Origin: Cirrosporium novae-zelandiae
Lineage: Eukaryota
Assembly: GCA_026023565.1 (NCBI GenBank)
Contig: JAPETS010000001.1
Coordinates: 1,178,001-1,242,000 of the forward strand
Direction: 5' to 3'
Length of the DNA stretch: 64,000 nucleotides
The notes under the pieces are model-generated. The model did no database searches and was not told where the DNA came from. It worked only from the letters and a program-made list of their open reading frames with translations. Shown here one piece after another: positions 25,844 to 38,515 of this stretch (positions are counted from its first letter, which is position 1; every line of letters starts with the position of its first letter). The position numbers and the translations under genes were made by a program.

Positions 25844-28800
25844 TAACAAAGAGGAAAAGGATTTGACGATTATAATGATATCAAGGCAGTCGGGAATACT
25901 GAACTGACAACTTCTTCAAAAAGTTGGATTCGACATGTATTCCGAGAACCAGTGAAACAGTGGTTTAATGGGCCTAGCTTGAACCGAGTCGAGGGATGTC
26001 ATCGAGCATAGAAGACTGTATCGGGTTCGTTCAGTCACGGTATGGACGACAATACTAGGGTTTCGATGGACAACAGGTCCGATTTTGGTTTTATCGCCTC
26101 GCTTATTTTTATCTTCTACTGCCTACGTTTATTTGCTTTGCTTGTATTACCCTTCATCATTGACTTGCCTTTATCTCAAGCGTGGGTGTTAAGCTTCTTT
26201 GTGCCATTGCAAAATTGTTAGAACCTTTTATTTCTGGGAACGGAATCAAATGGACAGGTGGGGGGGGATATGAATGGATGGAATGGATGGAAATGTCTTT
26301 CTAACCTAAACCAATAGGGTTTGCTTGTCATCTGGATCTTCAAACTTCAAACTTCAAACTTCGGCTTATTTTTGGTTCGTGTACTTTATTCATGTTTGAG
26401 TACTTATATTCTGATGAAGAGTGATCTTTGATTTGACTTGAGAACTTGGAGTTTGGTCAGGATAGTGTTTCCGGGGGGTTAGCTTAGTACTGTGGAGTTG
26501 AGGGATTGGAGGGACGGAGAGGGGCTCCTTTTTTGCTTTATTGGTAGTTTGCTTACTTGTGCTGGTTGTTGTTGTGCGGATGGAATGGAAGGGAATGGAA
26601 TGGCTATCACAAATAGGTATGCAGGAAGGATTCGTGTGATTTGTGATTCTGGTGATTCAGATGAATTGCTTATCTATTCTATCCAACATGAGAAGAACTA
26701 CGCAGGACATATGATGGAAGGAGAGGATGGTGTTGAGTTTGATTTGATCTAAGAGAGGCCTTTGAAATTGAGCGAGCTAAATGAGTGAAGTAAGTGGGTT
26801 GAAGTGGATTGTGTATGAAAATATAGTTGAAAACAAATATCACTATTTATGACCGTCGATGGATGATGCTATCTATTGCCTATGTGCTTTATTTTTGTTT
26901 TATCAGTTTGGTAAGCGTACGTGAGATCATTCGGAGCTATTTATCTGCAGTACAAGCAGCACTAGAGCATCCTACCTCTCTCTATTATCCCTCATTCTCA
27001 TTCCAGCTTCTAACTCTCTAAACATTATTCTAGTCTAGGGAGTCAGCCTTACCTTTCCTTTGAAAAAAGAAAGCTTGAACAAAAAAAAACTAATTAGAGC
27101 CCCCTCATTCTCATTCCCTATTCTCCACTATCTTCTTCTTCTTCTTCTAAGCTTCTAGGCTTCTAAGCTTCTAGTATATATACATATATACATGTCCGAA
27201 ATCCGGATCGGATAAATCGGAGAATTGGTATGGTATGTATTTCGCTTCAACAGTAGGGATTATTGTTTTTTATAGCAAATTATATATACGGTAGGAGGGG
27301 TTTTTGGATTGAAGAAAGAAAGGGAGAAAGAAAGAGGGGTAGTGTATATATATAGCTCATTCATGTTATTCATTCATTATTAGTCCAGTCTAGTCTAGAA
27401 TACAAGTACCAAAAGGCAAGAGAATCTTTCATCCAAGTCTTAATAAGTTTAAGTCCTTCAAGGTTTGATTGTGTTGTGTTGGTTGTATTGGAGATAATAT
27501 ATCTATCCAGCTAATTAGCCTACGACGACGATGAGAAACGAAACGAGATGAAACGAAAATTGGAAGTTTTAATATAGACCATATGATTCTTAGTTAGCCC
27601 TCTTCTTTAAAGGGCTTGAGTTTTTTTTTGTAGTGAGTGGGTCAGCGGACTTTGGTGTATGTTTGGTTGTGTATTGTATTTTACTCTTATATTTTGCCCG
27701 CAGTAATTCGGACTGATTGACTTTAGTTGGTTGCTAAGATTTTTTGAATATAGATAGATAGAAATGGTATTAGAGGTTATGTGTTGGGTGGTGCTGAGTA
27801 GAGTAGAGTAGAGTAGAATCTAGGTACCTGGTATTTGGGTATTTGGATATGAGTAAAGATGAGGACGTTCTTTGAATCAGAAACAGAGAAGGATTCTTCC
27901 GACACAAATATAAATATAAATATCTCCTTCTTCTAACCCCCCCGGGATGAATATGGGTTTCATCGATAAGCACTTGAAGAAAAGAAGGTCTTTACTTCGG
28001 AAAAAATGGACTACTTTTGAAGAAAGAAAGAAAGAAGCTAATTATTATATATGTTTTTAATTTGTTTTGTGTTAATATTAAGCCCATAGTTAAAAACAAA
28101 AATAAGTATTTGCGGAAAAGAGAAATGGGATAAGAATATAAAATATTAAAAAAACAACAACGTAAAGGCGTAAGGTAAAGGGGGTTGAGTAAATACTCAC
28201 TAATTAGTACTGGGAGTAAGTAGGAGAAGGGGGACCCGTACTTTCTTTTAGCTAATTCGTGCAGAAGATGTCAGGTTGAAAAAAATGTGCATGTACTGTA
28301 CATGTTACTGTGAAGACGGACAGCCAGCTTCCATTCATTGCAGGAGGGATGATATTGATCATGCTTACTTAACTTCGGACATCAACACCCACAAGTTTCT
28401 TTCTTCAGCCAGGTCCCTTCGAGAGAGGGTCGAGCCATTGATTGATAAAAATGTCTGTAGTTAGTCAAATGGAGCTTACATTTTTCTTTGTTGTCAAGTG
28501 CATTCTCATAATAAAAAAATATCTTTGGACACCTCGCTCGGATAGCCAGTGTTGGATGGATGGTGAATTTGACTTTGATTCTTTCTGCATTCAATCATTA
28601 TCCAAGGTTCTTTTTTGAGCAATGGGGGGGGAGGGGGCATACCTTTGCTAGGCATAGATGTGATTCTACAGTTCTGCATAAATTTGGTTGTGTTTCCACC
28701 CCCCCCACTGAGTGGTATGTCGAATTCTTATTTTTATTTTTTGCATATGGACTTGCTGTGGGCTGGATGAAATATGTTGTTCCAAGCGATTGTGCTCCTC

Positions 28801-29129
28801 ATTGAGCAAGGGGAGATATTTTGGAGGGGATATTCGATCCAGACAGAGGTACTCTATAAGATTCCCTGGAGCTCAGATGATTCCATTGTAGTTGATGAAG
28901 ACCCATAGGCTTCTCCTGTTCCCATTGAAATAAGCCAGCATGACATTGGTAGTCATAAGGAAAGAAGACGGGTTATCATCAATGGCGTTCTTCTTCATAG
29001 TTCTGATCGCCAGAGACTCCCGAGTGAGGAGTTCCAATAGGCAATAATGTCAAAAGGGGTTTTCTTAGCTATTGTAATTCATCCGTTGTCGTCTTTTGCA
29101 CTAGAACCAAGCTCTCCAGGATCATAATT

Positions 29130-29656
29130 TCATCACAGCCGCCAACAGTAATATTTTTAGCCATCAGCAAAGAGAACCTTTCGACACAGTTTGGTACGGC
29201 AAGTTCGAGTATAATCGTACTCTATTTTCCTTGAACAACCAGAGGAATCTGTCTGAACGGGACACAGAAATGGTTTCATTTTCGAGGTGATTTTCATTTT
29301 TAGTGACCTTATTCAAGATACCATCAACCTCGCCGAAAACCCTTCCTGCACTCTTCGAAGATCTTAACGCCTGTATCAAATGCATCTTAGCGGAGTTACT
29401 AGATGTTGCGGCCTTTCTCAAGAGCCTTTGCTAAGGTTCTTGAGAAATGTCGAGAAAAGGGGAATATCTCAAGTAGTCTGCCAAACACCTTACGCACAAT
29501 GAGATTAACATTTTCTATCCTTGATAGAAGTTTATGGAAAGGAATTATATATACCTTGATTGCATTACCAACCCTTTCTTCAATCTGGTAAAGAGAGAGG
29601 GGTATTTCAGCACTGAATTAAGCAACTTAGACAACGCTGGCGATTGCACTGAGCTA
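29130..29656 (-). pseudogene. Decayed fungal N-terminal-domain (HeLo-like/STAND-associated) gene
   Basis: Reads LSAIASVV*VA*FSAEIPLSLYQIEERVGNAIK, then an intron (GTATAT 29554), then frameshifted fragments LAKALEKG..DAFDTGVKIFEECRK / VFGEVDGILNKV..SRSDRFLWLFKENRVRL. Several stops and frameshifts. Confidence 0.65.
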
Positions 29657-30012
29657 CGAAGCATCCATAAATTAGCTATCAGTAACACATTTCCTTCGTC
29701 GAATAACAACTACGCAGCCTTCCGCCTCTATTCTGGATTTCTTATACTCATTTGATCACGACCTATCTATCTGCACTACGATAATCTCAAAGCTATTATT
29801 TCCTTAAAACTAACCATGTTCTCATCAGTTAGCAAAGCTAAGATGAAAGGCTAACCCTTTCCTATAAATATGCATATCAAATACAAAAGCTAGTTTCTAT
29901 TAGAAACTAGTTCTGACTAAAGTCTCATTTTTCTTGAAGAGAATATTATTGGCACGGTGTCCATTCTTTCTAACAATAATACAAATAAGCTCAGGGTTGC
30001 CTCTCTTCATCT

Positions 30013-32029
30013 CTATGATTGCGTGTCCAGTTCACCCACCCTCTGTCCTATCTCTTTTAGAGCTTCAGGTCCATCAAGCTTGTCCAAAAACATCTCAATT
30101 AACTGCTCCTCAGTCAGCAATTGTTTAGCAAGCCGAATAATTCTCCAATATAGAGTAGCTTACAGTAGGTTGCTTAGGAAATTTTAGCTCCGAACTGTTC
30201 ATGATCAAGTCAAGTTCCCCTACTGTGTGCGCTTCGTATGATTGAGACTTGATATCTGGACCGAGTGCTTCAAGGAGCGATGTGTATTTCCAGTTTGGAA
30301 GATCATTGTATGGAGCACGAGGGCCGTGAATGAGACGTTCAATGGTATAGCCGGCATTATTTAGTACGAAGCTTACAATAACGAAATCACGTTATCTCAT
30401 GGACTTCTTGGTCCCAATTGCAGGATAGAGTGGGCTGAACTTACATGATAGGATTTGTTCCCTGTCTGATCAATATGGAGAGGCTTTGGACCGTCATTTG
30501 CAAGCTGCCTTCCCCGGTCACTAGAACTATTCTCTTACAGTTACCCCTTTCCTTTGCTGCGATGGTGGCTCCAACTGCAGCGCCTGTCGCCATCCCAATA
30601 CTCCCAAATACCAGTTGTGTGAACATAGCACAGCCTTCTGGGAGATGAGTTGTATTCATTCCTGCCTGCGATGTCCCCGTTTCAGGTATGACAATGTCAG
30701 ATGAGCGGAGGAAGTGGGCAAACCTAGGCCAAAGATATTTGTGGGTGATGGGAGAGGACGGAGATAAATAGGCAGGTTGAGAATAGGCAGGATATGGTGT
30801 GCACGGCATCGACTTCAAAGCCTGTCTCTTTAATGGGGACAGCTTTATGGATTTAATAAGATGCTGTAGTACCCATTTCATTCTTACATCAAACTTCTCC
30901 TCTCCAATCTTACACCAGAATCTCTCTAAACCAATGACAGCTTCAGGCTTGAAACTTTCCGTGAATGCACCCGTGTTCAGATCGCTGGGGAAATTACCGA
31001 TCCAGAGGATGCAGTCAGAGGCTTCTACAGTTTCCCTTACGTCGGGCTTGCTTGCTATGCCGGCGTATATGCCTCCAAATCTGGGGTGGTGCTCGTTAAC
31101 GCTGCCTTTGGACATTGGGCAGGTAAATACAGGGATGTCCAAAATGGACATTAGCTCTTGGGCTTCTTGGATAACTCCGTGGCGGACGGCACCTATAATT
31201 CATTAACTTCAGCTTCTTCGGTATAACCAATCCAGCCACTGAACACAAGAACAATCTAAGCGTAAAGCGGAAAGAGCGAAAGGACAGATGAATACCTCCG
31301 TCAACTACCATCACTGCATTATCATAACTCTCAAGGTTTTCTCGGATTTGATACACTAGCTTTTCTTCTAGGGTAGCATTGTTGGGGGGAAGAGTTGTGA
31401 CAAGAGGTTTTGCATCGAGATTGAGAGATGGGATTTGGTGCATTGCGATATCCCTAGGAATTCCTATATACACCGGCTTTGAATAATACAACATCGCATT
31501 GAGGACTCTGTCAATCTCTGAGGTTGCCGTATTGGGATCGGTGAGAACAGTCGTGGCACAGGATATTTGTTTGGACATTTGATGGAAGTGTCTGGATAAA
31601 TAAAATTAAACAGGCCATGCTGATGCAGGTTTATACTCGATCTACTAACTCATAATCCAGATCTCCGAGAGTGTGATGCAATATCCCTGTTCCTTTCTGC
31701 TGCTCGAGACTTGGATATCCTACAATATGCACGATAGGTACAAATTCGCAGTACGACCCCGCGACACCACATACGGCAGATAGTTCGCCAGGCCCAAATG
31801 TCGTTATTAAAGCCCCAGGAAGGCTGGAGGTACGACTATAGCCATCGGCAGAGTATGCTGCTACAAGTTCGGATGGAGATCCAAGCCATTGGAGATCGGA
31901 TTTAGGAATAAGGTCCAAGAGTGCGAGTTCGTAGTCTCCAGGAACACCAAAGATAGTCTTAATACCAAGGGAGCGGATACGGTCGAAAAGGTACGTTCCG
32001 ATTGGAATCGTGGGCATGGTAGATTTCAT
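30013..32029 (-). CDS. ThDP-dependent 2-oxo-acid decarboxylase (pyruvate/indolepyruvate/phenylpyruvate decarboxylase family)
   Basis: Five exons. Motifs FGVPGDYEL, ELVAAYSADGYSR, TTFGPGELSA, HHTLGD, ETGTS, ThDP motif GEGSLQMT..FVLNNAGYTIERLIHG. Last exon LIEMFLDKLDGP..TAG at 30013. Confidence 0.92.
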
Positions 32030-33211
32030 CGCCGGTTTTGTGTTCAGCCCTATAAACGGAACTGCTCAAGTCGAGAGTTGCTCCTAGACTAAAGGGGATT
32101 CTGTTCGCTGGGCCAAGTGGGTTGAAAGATAAAAAATCAATAAATATTGGAAATTCAAGGGGGGAAATAATAAGAAGGGATCAACTGCAGTAAACTTGAA
32201 GCATACTAGCCCTTGAAACTAGATTTCAAAAATGATGCTCAGCTGGAAATATTGAAAAGGCCTTGGACCAGCTTTAAGAACAACATAAGGGCCACAACAA
32301 GGCGGTATCCGGATCCTGATGGAAAGGAATGGGGCATAAGACTCCATCAGGAGATGCATCGTATTGAGAAATTGAAAGGATATCAGTTAGCTAACAGGAT
32401 GTGCAGGATATTCGAAGCGGAAGCAGCCGATCATGATATCTGGCAAAGTGTTGTTTACCCAAGGAGATAGAGAGGACCTTCCCAACTTATCCAAGCATGG
32501 AGTCATTAGAAATATTCTTACAAGGATTTGGAAGAATTGTGGAAACATAATTAATGATATTGCTGAGATGCCGTGGGGATGTTGATAGATAGCCGTCTCT
32601 AACCGACTATTTGAACTCCCCCTAAAAGCATTCTTACTCCCTCCTTCACCTCCCCACTTTAACCCCCAACTGCCCCCATATTTTTGGGAAGGGGAATTTA
32701 AAGGTGAAGCAATTGTTGTTTATCGTATGATTAAGTAGGAAACCGAATTAGTATCCAGTAGTTTCCCACAAAGGAAACTTCTAAGAGTTTAGACATTCTG
32801 TTTAGCAATTTAATTTACACCTCCAATGCAAATGATATCCACATTCTAGTAAGATTCGAAACCCCATCCAACGTTTCCTTGGCAATTTATCTTTCTCGAA
32901 TGGGTACTACGCCCTCACAACCCTTTATTGTACGACTTTAGGGAATCATGTAGTATGGTAAACTTGTTGGTAACCTTTTTATTAAGTAAGAGTCCATGTG
33001 ATAAGGTAAAGAATGTCTAAAGCTGATGTTTTGATCGTCGACAGAACATAGGAACTGCAAAAGCAATACCCAAAGAGCAAAAATAATAAGGCCCGTCGAT
33101 TGAGAAATATCACTGCTTCAAGGTTCTGGACCAGTGTACTGCTCTTGTGTTCCCCATTTCCCCACTCGTTCTGATAAAGTGAAGGGGGGCCGAGAACCGT
33201 TGGAATCAGGA

Positions 33212-33823
33212 TTAGCACTTTGTGTTGTACCTATAATCATTAAGTATCAATATTAAAGCTGCCACGTGAACGTGTAGAACGAGATATGAATAACTTACAC
33301 ACATGTACACCTAAAAAAGTACTCACACTTGCCTTTGTACGGTCGGATTTTCTTTCCGTTGGGACATTTATGGTATACATCGTTCACGCACTATTGTTAA
33401 AAGCCAGAATCAGTCTCACGAATTATATTTAATTCATGACAGGCCAGTAAACATGTAGATAGTAGACATGTAAATATGTCCATATCAGAGGCCCATATTC
33501 AAAACAAATCAGACAATGGAGTATCATACATGAAAATTGCACATCTCTTCATCCAAGGGGCAGTTATCCTGGAACGTTGACGTCGGAGCCAGCCCGCTAC
33601 TTGTATTGGTGGGCGTGATGGTTGCTGTAACTGGTCTCTGAGTTATACTATTACTCAATGTGGTAGAAGTTGTGGTTGACCCACTGGTTGATATAGTGAT
33701 AGTGCTGGAGGTGAGTTCGGCTGAAGAGCTTGCGCCGATGGCCGTTTCAGAAGCGGAAGATATAGCGATAGCTAGAGTAGTGATTGGGAAGATAAGGAAG
33801 GATGAAAAGTGCGAAAACTTCAT
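33212..33823 (-). CDS. Secreted protein (134 aa): signal peptide, Ser/Thr-rich stalk and C-terminal 8-Cys CSab defensin-like domain
   Basis: Exons 33823-33530, 33390-33299 and 33230-33212 with GTATGA..TAG (139 nt) and GTAAGT..TAG (68 nt) introns. Spliced C-terminus DNCPLDEEMCNFHCVNDVYHKCPNGKKIRPYKGKCEYFFRCTCVYNTKC* contains CxxxC, GxC and CxC. Confidence 0.8.
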
Positions 33824-36496
33824 CTTGAGGAATTAGTAATAGCGAAGGATAGCTTCTTTGTGACTATCTTTAGTTTCTCGTTGAACAATGTGACGATGCT
33901 GTAAGATTCTGCTGAAGATTCAGAGAGTTGTTTTTATATCCGGTCATTATATTAAATACATTCTGCAAATATTCGTAACTGATGGAGCGTTTGGAATTTT
34001 TGTCTGTCCTTTGCATGCCCAATTTGCTCTTTTGCTTGGCATAAAGTCTCGATTTCGTATCAAGGCCATACATGCCATGTTGAAGACAACAGGATTGGAA
34101 TGACAGGAGAGATCCATCGAGCAAAATTTTTGAGTTGCCCTGTCAACAAAATGGTCTGAACCGTGCGCTAACTAGTTTGTTACGGTATGCCACCGACTAT
34201 TTCGATGATTGTACCGTTCGAATTTGAATACCTTGTTTTCTCCCGGGATGCTATTAGATGTTTTTGGCTTGTTCGTATGCCTTTTCGTATGCCAAGCCTA
34301 AAAAATATCTGGATCCATGGAGAATCAAGATAGCCATAGATGGGCTCGGAAAATGTTTTGACCAGTATAGTTGGCCCATGTAACATTAACTCGCTTTGCG
34401 AATGCCTTCCACGTCAAAGAGAGCTGGGCTAGTAATATGTCTAAATCTTATTATCTATCAAAGTTAATAAAGTCTTCCCTTTTAGCTAACCGAGCCAAGG
34501 TAGGGACAAGAAAAAGTTTAGAACAGTGGTAGTCTTAATATTAATAGAGATACCTAGGACCACATTAGAATTAGTGTACATTCCATGCGTTATAAAATTA
34601 GGAATCCTTAGAATGGCAATCTAGGATAGGAATGAGATAGAGCAAGATCTGATCGTTCGTTAGCCTTCTGTTATTGCAACCAGATTCTTTCCACAAGTTT
34701 CCGTTTAGGTATTTTGAGAGTGTGAATTGTCTAGACTATGTAGTTAGATAAATTATTTGGGATATATGTGTAGGGACGATTTAGAGTGAGGCATGAGAGG
34801 TTGGCAACTCCAGAGATTGATTTAAGGTTGCCGATACTAAGGATTTATATTTTGGACAAGCGATGTGCACAGACCATGCTATGAAACCACAATATTACGG
34901 CAGTTCAATATTTACAGGGAGCTACTTGACAAGCATATTTCTAATTTTGGCAGATCTAGGAACTTTATGGATACGATGACCGTTCTTTCGTCTTATAAGA
35001 ATTAAGGTAATCGAACTCTTTTATTATCCTACATCCAACTTCCATTCAACATCATTAAGTCTTAATACTTGTACAACATGCGTCAAGCAGTGGCCCCGTT
35101 GCCGGATCCAATTCCTCTATCATATGTTTCTTGATCGAGATAGGTAGCCAAGATTCCAGTTTCTTCACATATCATCATATTTCATCAGTGATAAATGCGT
35201 TTAGTGCCCAGAAGATGGACAACAACACGGTTTTCAGTGACTCGAATTTTCTAATAAAATAGCGAATTCTGCTAAGAATACGTCAAAAGAAGGAACCCGG
35301 CTCAAACCTCACATTTTCACATCTTCCATTGTCTTTGCCGTGGGGGCTCCCTGAAAAATCTAGGGTTTCTCTTTGACATCACTTACACCGATAGTGCGTC
35401 CCATATAGCTCTACTCTAAATCAGGTGATCTCTTCAGCTACGATACACACATCATCATATCCCTAAATATAATGTCGCGGCCACAATATAGGTTGCCAGA
35501 AATAGCTACCAGGCTGCCTATTCTGCGCTTTCAGTTATCGTAGCTGCGCAGATGATCCCAGCTCTTGAGGTAACGACTCGAGCGCAGGCAAAAGCGGAAC
35601 ATGCCAGCGCTTATATTTATAATTCTACCATCAATGCCTTACTTTCTCTCTCCCTCACTATGGAATCCGGGCCTGGCCTCAAGATTTCAAACTGGGCCTC
35701 CAACGCGATTCCTATGCTGACAATGCTTTCGTTTCGAGTATACGACTCTAACGCAACCAAAGCGAGAATATCTCATTAAGATTGAGGACAGATGGAGTCT
35801 TTAGGTTGAGAGGGCAAAAACTTTATCAAGCGATGATAGTGCTGAAGGGGCAGCGAGTCATGCGTTTGCTAGATGTTCGACATGGTTTGATATTGACTCG
35901 TTACCTTATGGAGGGCTACCGCTTGATGGTTTGATTTCGTTAGTGGGAAAGGCGAGAAGCGAGTGGCGAAGAATCCCACACTTAGAGGTGAGATGTTCAA
36001 GATTTAGTGGAAGTAAGAGATTTACGTGTATTGAGATGCAGAAGATGCGATTTTCTTTTAATAGGAGTGGTGTATGTGAGTGGTTACACAAGATTAATGC
36101 AAACCGAACAAACAACGATATTTACCCGCACGTGAGACATTACCCGCAAAGCCGACTTTTCACACCAGTGACTTTCCAATGTCACTCTACTACATTTTTG
36201 TGACTAAAGTCCGTCCACTTGACTGGCTTACGGCGATTAAATAGCTTTCTCTTGAAAATAAATTTGATTCCAAAGCACGCAATTTTGTCGCACTCTGTTG
36301 CCATCGTTATGTTGGGAAAAATCATATTATCATACCTGATATGAGCTTGGGCCAAAAGCTTCAAAACCATGGCTGTGGGACCTTTCTCCGGATTTCCTTG
36401 TTTCAGGTTCCTATCAGAATTCCCCCCTCTACTTTTGTTATCTCTTCTTGCGTCATTTCTTTTGATTGAACTTGGGCCTTCTTAAGATAGGTAACA

Positions 36497-38515
36497 ATGG
36501 AGGAACATACTTGGCCTAAGGCCGATGTTAATATCAACAATCGAGGAACGATCTCCTCTAAAATAGCTAAAGAGCAAGACGCAATTGCCCAAGGTAGTAC
36601 CGGGCTCAATGACACCGAACCTCAGTATGCAGACGATGAATACGAGCCGCACATTATCGCTGATCGGCTTGCCCGGAAACTTTCAGCCCGCCAGGTTCAG
36701 ATGATAGCAATTGGCGGGACAATAGGGACAGGTCTATTCCTCGGGACCGGGAAATCCCTCGCAACAGGCGGACCGGCTTCGATATTGATTGCGTATGCGA
36801 TTGTGGGAGCTATTGTCTTCACAACTATGCTGAGCTTGGGCGAGATGGCCGCTTACATGCCAATTGCAGGCTCATTTTGCACGTTTGCTGGGTACGGTTC
36901 CTCGATAAATTAGTTGCTACTTTTACGACTGGGATGAGGCTACTGAGACATTGTGATTATATAGACGCTTCGTGGACGACGCCTTTGGGTTTGCCTTGAC
37001 CTGGAATTACTGGTTCAATGATGCCGTGTCTACTGCGTCGGACTTGGTTGCGTTACAATTGGTCCTACAATACTGGACTGACAATTTTCCCGGTTGGGCC
37101 TTGAGCTTGATCTTTTGGGTCGTTTTGATCGGGGCAAACATCATAACAGTGAGAGCTTATGGTGAAGTATGCAATACCAGCCTCACCCAGCTTCACAGCC
37201 GTGCTAATATAAAATCCGGTCTAGGTCGAGTATTGGTTGAGCCTGCTGAAAGTCGTGACTATCATTGTAAGCCTTTTAGACATGACTTCTTAGCCCGGTA
37301 ACTATATCAACTCTTACATCTTGTGACTGCAGATATTCATCATCCTCGGTGTCGTAGTTAACTGTGGCGGGAATACCGATCATCAGTATATTGGCGGCCA
37401 GAACTGGTTCATAGGGGATGCACCTTTCGTCGGAGGCATAGGGGGTTTTGCGTCTGTATTCGTAACCGCCTCATTTGCCTGTTTGTTCCCCTCAACATAT
37501 CCATACCACCCCCCTCCACTACATGACTTCAATACTGATGACTTACTTTTTGACTAGACGGAGGCACAGAATCCATAGCGATTACCGCAGGAGAGACGAA
37601 GAACCCTGCGCGTAACCTGCCTCGTGTCGTGAAAAATGTCTTTTGGCGAATCCTTCTCTTCTATATCCTCTCTGTTCTTCTTATCGGCCTAAACGTCCCC
37701 TACACATATCCAAACCTTAGCACGAAAACTACAGCCACATCCCCATTCACAATTGTCTTCCAACAAGCTGGCTCAAAAGCAGCTGGTAGCTTCATCAATG
37801 CGGTTATCATGACTAGTGTACTCAGCGCTGGCAACCATGCCTTATTTGCAGGGACTAGATTGCTTTATACCCTTGCCGTTGATGGACATGCTCCTATGCT
37901 TTTCGCAAAATTAAATCGACACCAGGTACCTTGGATTGCTGTGCTATCTACATCCATCATCACCGGACTATGTTTTGGAAGCAGCTTCATCGGCGCCGGG
38001 ACATTATGGACTTGGTTACAAAAGTAAGTTCTCACAATGATTTACTGGCTTTGTATTTTTCTGGAAGGGGCTTAGAATGCTATTAATCTAATACAACGGA
38101 CCTTAGCATCGTCGGCGTATCCAACCAACTCGCATGGATAGCCATCGGAATTACGTCCCTTCGTTTCCGGAGTGCCATCCACATGCAAGGCAAGTCGCAC
38201 CTCCTCCCATTCAGGAATTGGACATACCCGGTTGGACCATGGCTCTGTGTGGTTTTTAACATAGTGATCGTGCTCGTGCAAGGCTGGAGCTGTTTCTCCC
38301 CGAAATTTGACGTTGCTAGTTTCTTCAGTTATTATATTGAGCTGCCTATCATGCTAGTGATGTATGTTGTTTGGAAATTGGTTAGGGGAACGAAGATTGT
38401 CAAATTAAGCGAGATGGACCTCGATACAGATGCATATCAAGATAGAGAGGAGGTTTTCGAGAAGGAAACTGGCTGGAAAGGGCATCTCACGGCTGCTTTC
38501 AGGTGGTTACTATAA
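36497..38515 (+). CDS. APC-superfamily (YAT) amino-acid permease
   Basis: Six exons. Motifs LSARQVQMIAIGGTIGTGLFLGTG, LGEMAAY, FGFALTWNYW, GGTESIAITAGE, VFWRILLFY, SPFTIVF. Confidence 0.95.

Noticed and set aside
25900..28800. Short ORFs and possible transposon remnant downstream of STE50
   Set aside because: Microsatellite-rich UTR/intergenic sequence; no terminal repeats, target-site duplication or transposase/RT motifs.
31190..32600. TPP riboswitch near the ThDP-dependent enzyme gene
   Set aside because: A CTGAGA occurs at ~32563 on the opposite strand, but the other aptamer elements are absent and the introns lack the motif.
35550..35850. Minus-strand DKVFAL fragment reminiscent of HET-domain proteins
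   Set aside because: The match is only six residues and the flanks do not extend it; needs blastx.
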